Shown piece after piece: positions 49,364-60,183 of a stretch of DNA of 64,000 nt. The stretch comes from Schizochytrium sp. TIO01. Its lineage: Eukaryota; Protista; Bigyra: Labyrinthulomycetes. Within the stretch, counting starts at the first letter, position 1. Every line of letters begins with the position of its first letter. Position numbers and translations under genes: made by a program. The notes beneath the pieces are model-generated. The model worked only from the letters and a program-made list of their open reading frames with translations. It made no database searches and was not told the DNA's origin. The DNA lies in contig SMSO01000034.1 in assembly GCA_004764695.1 (NCBI GenBank), forward strand, positions 2,356,001 through 2,420,000, read 5' to 3'.

Positions 49364-51732
49364 TGTGAACACCCGTTCAGCCTGTGACAAGCTAGGTACC
49401 TTTAAATTGGAATTGGGATTTGCCTGCTGCTGATGCACCTATACACCAAAGGCCTCAGAATTCTGTAAGTGCTAACCAGTATTACTACTACCTACTACCG
49501 CCAGAACTATTCTTGCTGCGCAGCTCCACACATGACAGTCACGAGTATTCTCGCAATCTATGAAAGCTGTACACAAGTCGTGTGCAAAGCTTAAGGAGCT
49601 TAGTAGCTTGCTGCTCGCCGCGGTGGTTTCTGCTGGACTGTATACTTGTTGGGGCTGTTACCGACAGCGAAGGAGGGAAATTGAAGGCGTTTCTGAACCA
49701 AAGTGAGCAACAGGTAAAATAGAGCAGCAAGAGCAGACTGGCTGCTTAACTTGGCAACCCTCGCGAGCATTCATCGGTACTTATGCCCGTCTCGAGACTT
49801 TGAACTAATCCAAGGTCTTCTATATGGGTAATCTGCTAATGATGTATCAAAAGTCTAAGTCAAAATTCTTATACAAGTCTTGAACAAATTGACGAGGGAG
49901 AACGACGCCTCAGCCATTAAGTATGCACTGTCTTTGTATTGGCTAGCTTCTGAGCAACCATCAAGCTCTTAAGAGTTAGTGGCTGGCTGACGATCCTCCT
50001 ATTTTAGTGTGACAGGCATAGTGGAAGTTATCGAACACCCTACACTAGCTAGGTACAAATCGTAGCAGATGAAGGCGAAACTTCAAAGTTGAAACCGTTG
50101 CGGTTTAAGCGCATCCAGACCGGCTGGCTAGCTGGGAATTCATGATTCGTCCTTCATTTCACAAAGTGACTACCCGACCTACTACAACTTCACGAGTTAT
50201 ATCTACGATGGCACGGTGGTGCCATCAAACTCTATGCCTCTTTAGCATGAAGGCTGCGACCCTACTCTAGGGACCTTGCGATGTATACAATGTGTGCAGG
50301 CAGGTACACACCCCTTCGCTAGGCCATGGAACTTCTGAAACTAGCACGTGCAAATTGAACAGGAACCTCATGAACTGATGCTCTGACTAGTCAAACCATC
50401 TCCTTTATGTCACAAGAGGAAAAGCCAAACGACAAAGAGGACCAGAAAGAAAAGCTTGATAACTAGAAGTGCCTGCTTCGATAAATTTGAGCTACAAGAA
50501 GTGCTCACACCACCACCAAAAGGTCTAGGCGTAGTTTAGGCATTGATATCTGGCTAAATACTTAACTTTTGAGCCTCTTGTGGTCATGTTGATTTGGAAA
50601 TCGCCCCGTGTTGCGGAATAGCACTGTGCAAACAGAGTAGCAACGTAATTTTTTTGATCTCTTAAAATGAAAGGGTTTTCTAGTTATTTCTTTAAAGATA
50701 AAAGAATAGAGGTGGATAAATCCTCGCAGTCTTAAGTTCTCTAATGAATATAATAACTCGCTCTGCTGGTTGGCCACGGAACTCAAAGAGAAACAATTAA
50801 AAAAAATGCATCAGCAGAACTACTCTCATAGTTATCATGTAGAAACGTGAAGAAAATTGATATTTTGTCCACGAACATGGAAAACAAATCAATCAAATTC
50901 CCAGAACCCTCTCAGTAGGACGCGAAAGCTTAAAACCAAGGAGCAAAATAGTTCGGTTATCAAATTTCTGCAGAAGAAAGGAGATCGATAGCCTAGCCCA
51001 TCTGAACTATGGTTTCAATAGCCCGAATTTCTCAAGTAGATCATGTTTGACTAGTAGAAACAAGATTACTCTTTTCAGTGTTGAGTATGCCTTTGTATAA
51101 CATGGCAATACAGACTTCCTCTAAAAACAAGAACAAGAACTGTGAACAAGAAACGGGAAGTCTTTTTAACACCAAAAGTATTTTAGAAATTAGAATTAAA
51201 CATATGTAAAATTGTTCCTCAATTGAACTGTATAACCTAAAATGCTCACAACAGTATTCTTATTTCATATGTACACAGCCTGTGCTTTTACCATGGCTGA
51301 AACTTGTTTGTTTTTAAAACCTGGTTGGTGCACTCGCAGACTACTTTGGGCAGAGTCTTTGCATAAAATACTTGTCAAAATTTAACTCTTATCTCTGGAC
51401 ACGAAGTTGTCAGAAAGGCAATTAGAGGGAATGCTTCAATTCGCTTTACGTAAAAAGCTCTCCGCGCGAAGAGAGCATGATAGCAGCTCTCCTCGGCATT
51501 GGGATTTGCTCTCGCCATCGGGGCGGAAGGAACTCTCTCTGGTTCTGATTTGCAAGCTGCCAACTCGAGGTTGTGTTCTTCTTTGGCGAGATGCGTCAAT
51601 GCGAGGGATGCCTTTAGTAGGGACATAACAGAATCATTTAGACGTTTTCGTCATTTCTTTCTTCAGTTCAGACAACCCCAAGACGCGTTGATTCGCATCT
51701 TGCACATGTTATCCGCTGTCTCCTGATGTTAT

Positions 51733-52140
51733 TCAAATGGGGCGTGCAGCCGGTATAACCGAATTGGTCTGAGTAGTTGAAAACCCTGCAGTATCTGAAT
51801 CTGTGATTCCTGTTGTAACAGGGACAATAGCGTCATGATTAGGATGTGTCGAATTTGTGTGGCCATCGTGGGGATGCGTTGGATATAGGCAGAGGTGCAG
51901 TTTGTCGGGCATCTTGCTAGCCCAACAACACAGCATGGGCATTAGAAACGCAAAAATTGCTCCACCAAAAGACAGCCGTACAAGTGTTCGTTCGTCTGGT
52001 TTAAAGCCTGTTGATGAATTTGCTGAATTTGCTGAATTTGCGTAACAACTAGACGTGTAATCATCGAGAATGTAACCTTAACACATACGCTACAGTAGCA
52101 TTGAGTCGCAATGGTCTCGCAGAGGCTGCTACGCGGATAT
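51733..52140 (-). pseudogene. Frameshifted member of the receptor-like family
   Basis: LCETIATQCYCSVCV / 1-nt deletion near 52079 / GYILDDYTSSC, (ANS)x3 linker, TM LSFGGAIFAFLMPMLCCW, tail IPAARPI*. No intact signal peptide found. Confidence 0.7.
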
Positions 52141-54994
52141 AAGTTTCTCAGGTGAGATGCAACTGCTTCTAGAGAAGCAATCGGATCTAGCAACGGCTTC
52201 GAAACATGGACGTCATTGCTCTTAAGACAAATATCAACTCACGCACAAGCCTGGCTTTTAGCTAAATGAGGTTATGACTGAGATGTAATTTGTGTTACGT
52301 TTTAATAAACGTGGTTGACTCCTATCGTCCCCCCGTCGAGTAATGTCCCTCTAAACCACCTTTGTTATGTACAAGGTCCCCGTAGTACACTGGGTTTGCC
52401 GAAATATTGTAGCATGTGTTATTTTCATATTCTGAGTTATTATCCAGTATATGATCTTTACTCAAAGTAAAAATATTTAAAGGAATAGTTACTTCAAAGT
52501 GATTCAAGTTGAAGGTCACGGTAGAAGAGAAGAGACATGGACTCTTACTTTCCCTTGCAATGCTTCTAATTTAAAATAATAATTCAAGGAACAAGAGCCC
52601 ATACCTAGGCCAGAAAATAATAAGAGAAGGTATCTGACGACAAGACAACGCATAGTCGATTGATTGTTAAGCAGCTTGGAATAAACTTCTTAATTTATCT
52701 TCCGGCTTTACTCCTGAGCAGCAGCAATGAATGTTATGATAGTCGTATCGTAGGTATGCTTCAAGTCTGCCCTGAAAAAACTTCAGATAGACTGAGAATT
52801 ATTTTAAAACAATAGAAAAACATCCATGGCACTCTATGAGCGTGCTGTACATTTTTGCGTTGCATTCTATTGTGCATTACGACGAAACTTGTACATACTT
52901 TAGATATAAATGGTTGTCCTTAAAGTGAGAACTTTTTTCTGGTTTCTTTTCTTCCAAATCTGTCGAGCACGTGCAGTTGCGTTTTTTTTGTTTTCTTTTG
53001 TTTTAATTTAAAAATTGAAATTAAATATATATATATATATTTATGTATTCCAGCACAAACGGTAGTAGGTACATGGTAAAATACATTTGTCTCACACCAA
53101 TTCGAAACTGAAAGATTGTTCTTGTAGTTCAATCATAACAGGAGTCATGTTTCTCGTCAAGCTTGAAGATGCATGAGACATTGCCAAGGAAGTTCATTCG
53201 GATGTCCGGGAAACTCATTTGGGAAACTGGTTCGAAGCGATGACAGCGACTGTGCCTAAAGGGTACTTCTACTTATATTTCCACATGAAAGAGGGATGTC
53301 AGCTATGAAGAACAAAAATTCGCGCGAGTCTTTTCTCGGGAAGGACAACTAGGTGGGTGAGATCTTTGTTTACTGTGTACATAGCTGCATGTGGTACTTC
53401 CGCTGTTAGATCTAACCATCATAATCAAAACGTTCCGCACTATAGCTAGTAGTTGAAAGTTTGTATGATAATGGTTTATATAGCACAATAATGATAATAA
53501 TAATAATATTAATAATGGAAGAAGAAGAAAACTAGTTTCTATTTTATTCTACTTTTCACATTTTCTCTTAAAGTTTGCCCCTTCTTTTCTATTTTCGGTT
53601 TTCTCACGCTGACATCGTCTCAGTTGTGAATGGTTGAATCACACTTGCAGCAAGTCCTGTTCAACCACGATTCGAAAATATAAAGAATATAGTTTAATAC
53701 GAGGGGATACAACTCAAGCTACATTTTCTATGTGCCTTGAATGTCAGCTTCGACATCTCGGTATTAGAGTAAATGCCTTTGTAGATTGCTGGAGCGTACC
53801 CTTGACCGTGTGTACCTCCATATGCAAATTGAAATGATTAGTGTGGGTTTGCACACCAGCTGACTGTTGCGCCGTATTGAAGATAGTAAGCTTTTCGATT
53901 TGGCGTTGACTAACCGACTACGCATCTTTCTTCTTACAAAGACGGATACCCTGTGCCCTCACATAAACTGATGTCTTTGGATCATCTTCATGATGGTGCC
54001 TACATAAAAATTCCAGCTCAGTTGTTTGGGGTATGTTTGCAGTTTTAGAATCCTTGGTATTAGCTGCTTCGGAAAACATTTTCCGAGGCTTCGCATTGTT
54101 TTGTTTTGTTATGTTTTTTTTTTTAGTGAAAGGGAACTGCAAACAAACAAAGAATGCACCAACTTTTACCTGCAAGGTATAATCGATGGTTTTGTTGTGC
54201 ATGTGTCATCTTTCGTTCTCTTCCGTGCGAGAACGTATGTCTTCTGATGGTTTATCTAGAACTGGGGAGAACTGAGTAAATGGCTTTTGCGTTTTCAATA
54301 TCGAGTGTCAAGGTATAGTAATTTCATAAATATGTCACCTTTTAAAAACCTGTGTTGTTGCATATGGGGATCACTTCAACTTTGTTGTTTAAAAATGCCC
54401 TGAGAACCTAAGGCGACCCAACCCATTCATTGTTCTGGCACGGCATAAAACTAATCTTATGTATTGCAAGCAAGTCGAGGCTAGTCTGAATGTAGGCAGC
54501 ACTATAAAATTATCCATCTGAGCACTAAATGGTATTTCTTCCTACAAAATCGTGCACAACATGGGCGCGTGGTTGCTCCCTCTTTCAGGCGTGCATAATT
54601 ATCCGGCCTACCATTATACAGACAAGGGTGCATCTTCAGTTGCAGGCGTGTGCCTAGACTTGGCTCATGCCCATTATGTACAGATGTGCGAGCTCGAAAT
54701 CATCTTTGAACCATCAGGGATGAAGGAGCATGGCCTAGCAGAGAATAGTGTGCTTCGAGAATAACTTATGTCAATTTACCGAGTATAAATGGTGATCTCC
54801 AAAGTATTGAGGAAGGAGAAAAGAAAACAAGAGATTTTACTTCTATATAAAACGCTTACAATTATAACAGTAGGTAGTCTATTCCCTAAGGTAAAATAAG
54901 ACCTGGGCTTGGAGCTTGAGTAGTCGCAGCAAACTAAACAAGCAAACCCGTAACTAGAAATTGCAAGGCGACCAAAACAAAGAAGAGGGTGACC

Positions 54995-55471
54995 ATGAAA
55001 ACAATGGCTGTATTGGCAAGCGCTCTGTTCTTATTTTTTGCTCAGCTTACTCAAAGCTATGCAAGCCTGTGCCCATCGCATTGCGAAACATGTGATTATG
55101 TCACAAACACAACATGTCTTACATGCGAGGATGGATATTATGTTAGCAATGGCTTCTGTGCAGTAGATAATGACACGGACACTTCCACTGGAATGGAATC
55201 AACCATCAGAACGGTCATTATAGTTGTGTGTTCATTAGTTGGAGTGATGGTGCTTATTTGCTGTGGTTGTGCATGCGCATATTTAGGAGTCTTTGCATAC
55301 TGTGTCAACAAAGCCGACAATGATGGTACTTTAAAGAACATGAACTTTCAAGCAAGTCATATGGCCGCCTATCCAGGTTCAAACTACCCTAACACACAAA
55401 ACCCTGGCTATCAGAATGAAACTAACCTTACCTCACAAGGTGCGCGCCGTGATTCACACGACATAGCTTAA
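54995..55471 (+). CDS. Short family member E (158 aa), lacking the cytoplasmic domain
   Basis: Signal MKTMAVLASALFLFFAQLTQSYA; CPSHCETC..TCLTCEDGYYVSNGFC; TM with CCGCAC; short Tyr/Pro tail. Confidence 0.88.
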   Translation: MKTMAVLASALFLFFAQLTQSYASLCPSHCETCDYVTNTTCLTCEDGYYVSNGFCAVDNDTDTSTGMESTIRTVIIVVCSLVGVMVLICCGCACAYLGVFAYCVNKADNDGTLKNMNFQASHMAAYPGSNYPNTQNPGYQNETNLTSQGARRDSHDIA

Positions 55472-57187
55472 TAACACAAAACTGAAGCAAAACGTATGCC
55501 CAGAAAAATTATGATTCGTAAAGGCTTGTTTACCCCTTGACGCGACTATCATTAGCCCAAGCGAGCGTGCCTTTTTCCTTTTGCTGATTTTTGCACCCCT
55601 TCAAAGTTCTTGAACAGATAAATATATGGTAAATCAATATACATAGAACGTTTCAGCATTTTCTTAATTCTTCCACAGGACTTGATTTTATGATTCGCCC
55701 AAGTTCATACATTACTGCAACTTTGATCTGATATATACTACAGGATTTTGTAAAGACGATCTGCTCATTTGAGTGAAGACAAGGAGAATAAACGTCACAT
55801 GATCATACCTAATATTCCATTAGAAAAATGCTCTTGGGATTTTTTTTTATAAATTCCTATGTAGGCAAGCACTCCACAAGTCTCTCCTTGCAGCACACCT
55901 GAGTTACTCTTAAATACCAGGCCCCTTTTCAACGACAATTCTTTGATAGAAGAGGTTCCCTGCCGTACTGTCTGAACAATGATATTTGAGAAACCATTGT
56001 AAGTCACTATTCCTAAAACACAATAACTTGCTGTAAAATTGAACTTTGACGTTATTAAAGACGCAAGAATCTATGCAAATGTTTCTTTACAGAAAAAGAC
56101 TTTGCCAATTTTCCTTTTAAAAAAAAAAAAAGCTGAGTTGATGGCATATGAACTTCTGAACGAGTCCTTTTTATCGCATACAAGCACGATTATTCAAGGT
56201 AAGAAGCAGTAAATTGCAACTTTTTCAAAAGGGATCCGGAAAATTGCCAGGTCTCAAAGGTAAGTCAGCAGGGCGGTGCAGCCTTCCCTGCCGTTGGATT
56301 TCACCTCTGGCTAAAACTAGGTCGAGTTCAGAGAGCCCCGAGCTACATTCAGGACGAGGTTGCTTGAAACGTGCGTGCAGTCTGGGGCCAATCACTGATA
56401 CCGCACTCCCTCGCTCGTTCGCTGGCCAGATTCGTGCTTACTCAGTCCCCTTCGAATTCGTTGTATTTCACCAATTTAACGCTACAAACATACCTGGCAA
56501 CACAGCATACCAGGACTTCGGTTCTTGGAACCGGTCCCGCTGCCCTAGTGAGCTTGTTTGTGTCTTGCTCATGACGAAGATCGTAATGATCATGGACGGC
56601 CATACTGTTACTAGTACATCATGTCTGATTCCTAGTACCTTTCGCCTACTGCACACGCTAGGAATCCTGTACGTGCCAAGGTGTGTAGGCAGACACGCGC
56701 TGCTCTCCATTTGCCGATACCTGTTGCATAAACAAGAGTCTTACTACTTTGGCTCAATTTATAGCCATCCGTATTTACTTGAGGTTAGCTAGAGTGAAAG
56801 GGTTGTTGAAGGAGCAGTACCTAGGAACCAACGCTGAGTGAGTAGCTAGCTATCTCTCGCTTGGGAAGAAGGTGTCAATTCACTCGCGGAGTAGTAGGTA
56901 GCGCCTAGTACTCGTATAGATTGAACTAAAGGCCAATGCTCTCATGCAGTTAATAGCGGCTATTGCACTTCCCTGAACGTCGGGAGTTCCAAGTTGAAGA
57001 GCGTCTTGCGCTGAGATAGATTAAATTAGAAGCCGAATTGGCTGGAGGCTTTGAGTGTGTAAGGGTTGCGGATATAAGTAGGCATGGTAGACGTGAAGCC
57101 GACAGCCAGCTCGCGTCGATCAAGCAAACCCGAAATAGATCGACTTGTTCACATGACGCTTCTGCGCACAGATTTGGACAAAGATTG

Positions 57188-58033
57188 ATGGTAGGGGAAA
57201 TGCGATCTAGCTTTGGCGGGCTGCTGAGGGTGCTTATTGCGGGGCTCCTGACAGTCGTTTTGCAAGTACAGGCCAAGTCATGTGGCAGCCTTCAGATAGA
57301 CAATTGCCTCGCGTGTAAATACGATGGTGTTGACGTCCTCGATGAGTGCTGGACATGCCACGCAAGGTACAAGCTTCAAAACAACGCGACGAGCTGTGTA
57401 CGCTTTCACCTGGTCCCAATATATGGCGCCGTGCTCATAACCGTTGGCGTGATCGCGATCATAGCATTTGGCGTTTACTTGAAAATGTACGGATTTCGCT
57501 TTGAGTCTGACCAAACCTGGCTCAAGAAGCGTTTGGAGAATGAAAAGAGCGCCAGTGGCAATGGACTCTTTCTCTACTTTCTTCGTAAGCCAGAAAACAG
57601 CCCGCCAGGCTTTGGAGATGAAGGATTCGAGCGGAACAAGAAAAATAAAGATCGGTGGAAGGCCCCTGCTTTTCGCAGCTATGATATTGGTTTTGTAGCC
57701 TTTCGAGAAGACACGGTGCGAGTTGTTCTGTGCTCTTCACCCGAAAGCAAGGCCAGAAGACGCTGTGATCAGGTTTTCAAATATGAAAAAGTCACCCTGG
57801 TCTCCATGGTGAAACCAAATGGCGACTATGATCCCACTAGAATTCGTATTGGAGATTTGGCTATTGGAGCAGAGGTCAACCGTATCAGCGTGGTCCGCAA
57901 CCGCTTCAAAGAGTACAAGCAGCATGCACTAAGCACCCATGTTGAAGGTCAAGAGGTTGGCCTTCCCACTGCTACTATCGTCCCAGAGGACAACGATCAA
58001 CATTTCTCATTCTCAAACCCAAGTACACATTAG
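57188..58033 (+). CDS. Cys-module single-pass receptor-like protein F (~281 aa; start could be 57200)
   Basis: Signal peptide; CGSLQIDNCLAC..ECWTCHARYKL..SC; TM; YFLRK..YDIGFVAFREDTVRVVL..DQVFKYEKV..DPTRIRIG..RISVVRNRFKEYK; LPTATIVP. Confidence 0.88.
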   Translation: MVGEMRSSFGGLLRVLIAGLLTVVLQVQAKSCGSLQIDNCLACKYDGVDVLDECWTCHARYKLQNNATSCVRFHLVPIYGAVLITVGVIAIIAFGVYLKMYGFRFESDQTWLKKRLENEKSASGNGLFLYFLRKPENSPPGFGDEGFERNKKNKDRWKAPAFRSYDIGFVAFREDTVRVVLCSSPESKARRRCDQVFKYEKVTLVSMVKPNGDYDPTRIRIGDLAIGAEVNRISVVRNRFKEYKQHALSTHVEGQEVGLPTATIVPEDNDQHFSFSNPSTH

Positions 58034-58907
58034 TGGTAGCGTTCAATTATCATACGTTTGGGCCTTTGCAAATACACTTTGCGTCAGTTGGGGTTTAGCC
58101 TCAGCTTTTCATGTGATCATATTATAATCAAGCAAGTTAATTCAGGTGGCTACGAGTCATCAACTTTGGAATCCTAACTCTACAATGAATACGAAGACTT
58201 TTTCGATATATACTTCAGAATAAAATCTCTATAAATTAACAACTGATTGTGTTCCGGCAGGTTATACCTGCTTAGATTTCTAGCTCGACTGTTTGTGTCC
58301 ACGCAAAGAAATTACGTTCACGTGGCGTGTGCAGCACGTACGACTCATCCAATCGTATCATTTCTTTGCCGAGCATTCTCATTATGTCCCATAGGGACAC
58401 TATGATAAATAATGGTGTGCACTACGAGGCATTTTCTGAGGGCATACACCCCTTCAGTCGTAGTCGTAATTGCTGGTCGAAATTGCATGTAAAGGATGTA
58501 ACTTAGTGCTATTGCCATGACACTTCAAAGCAAAGCTTTGCGGTGACATGCTTTTCTATAATGCTTTTTGGCACCATGGTAGCATTGAGACTTTCAATCT
58601 CTTTCATTTGATTTTAAAAATCCAAGTTTGCCATTAGTTTTGAAGGTACATGTCTGTCGGTGCACACTATGTCACCACCATTATGATGGCCGCCGCGACC
58701 ATGGTAGTCATGATCGTCAAGTCATTCCATTGACAAGGCCAATATTATGACTCTATTCATCAGCCGTACACTTTCAAATTCGCATCCCAATCAAGCAAAC
58801 GATTATTCTCCAAGCAGAGGTTGGTCGTTTTTTATACAGCTTTCAAAGTCTCAGCAGTTCTACAATCAAACGAGTTGACTAAAAGGCAGGGCTTTACATC
58901 TTGCAAG

Positions 58908-59258
58908 ATGAGACACGAGGCCGCCATGAGCTTTTTGAAGGTCTCCATGATCTTAGTTGCCGTGGTAATATTCTTTCTCACGGATATAGTATATGCTATT
59001 GATTGTTCTGGGAAGGACATCACGCATTGCGAAGTCTGCGTTAAAGATGATCAACTATGCCAAGAGTGCAGCTCTGGATACCACCTCAATTTTGATGGAG
59101 ACGATTGCAATGTCCGTGGTGTCACAGAATCCTCGAACACCACAAGTTCTGCTGCTCTTAATGCTACATCACGCATCCTTGTTGGCGTTGGCGCAGCTGC
59201 TTTCGTTATTCTCATTTGTGGGTGCATGATAAGGTGCTGCCGCCATCGTAACAACTAA
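58908..59258 (+). CDS. Short family member G (~116 aa; start could be 58926), with almost no cytoplasmic tail
   Basis: Signal peptide; CSGKDITHCEVC..LCQECSSGYHL..DC; Ser/Thr stalk; TM; ends CGCMIRCCRHRNN. Confidence 0.85.
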   Translation: MRHEAAMSFLKVSMILVAVVIFFLTDIVYAIDCSGKDITHCEVCVKDDQLCQECSSGYHLNFDGDDCNVRGVTESSNTTSSAALNATSRILVGVGAAAFVILICGCMIRCCRHRNN

Positions 59259-60183
59259 GGTGATTTTCCAAGATAACCACTGTCACTTTTATTAACATTT
59301 GAGAAAATCAAGCACATTTATTCAGGCAACCTTTATATCGAAAGCGATTCAACTAAAGGATTTTTAGCTCTTTAATTTAGGCTCCAACAATAAATCTCTT
59401 CAACTATACTTTCTAAGTCCAAACATTCGTGTGTGCTCCAATAAATCCCTAATCACATGGCAGACAAATTCATTCTACTCAACGTCACGTTGCATGTAGA
59501 ACTTGGATACAAGACAAAAAGAGAGATCAAAAGCTTTTGTGCATCTGGTTATTTGCAAGGTTTAAAACGCAGTGAAAATCATCAAACTGCCTCGATGTCC
59601 TCACCTCATTGTGGCTTTAAGTGACTAACAGTGACGAGCGAAGTTTATATTGCGAAAAAAAATAAATCCCGAAGCTGGGCATTTGTTCTGCGGTATTGAG
59701 GAGCACAATACTGTGAATGAATCTAGCAGTGAAAATGGACTATAAAATCTACATGGTGCTTTGGAGATTGTCGCATGAAATGACTGATATCGTTCCTCTG
59801 CTGTACGGATGTAGGAATACACTGCAGCATTTGTCAAACACACAATTGTCCTTTTGGCGGAGTTTATCTTTTGTAATTTATGTGTAACTCAGTCTTCCTT
59901 AAGTAAAGATGAAGATCCGAAACAGTGCTCTGGAGTGTAATGCATCAGTGTTGTCCTTATGTAAAATGCAAATTGTAAAAGCACATGAATAGATATCTTG
60001 GAATTCTAGGACGTCTCTTATGTCATCTTCAATATTCAAGTTGGAACTTTCACAATTAAAGTGCACCATTAGAGAATTGCAGTCAAAATGAAAGAATCTA
60101 ATATGTAAGAAATTGGCTTGATGTTGCCATCTTGCCATTGCATATATAATATGTAATATGTAGATATCGTTAAATATTTCACT

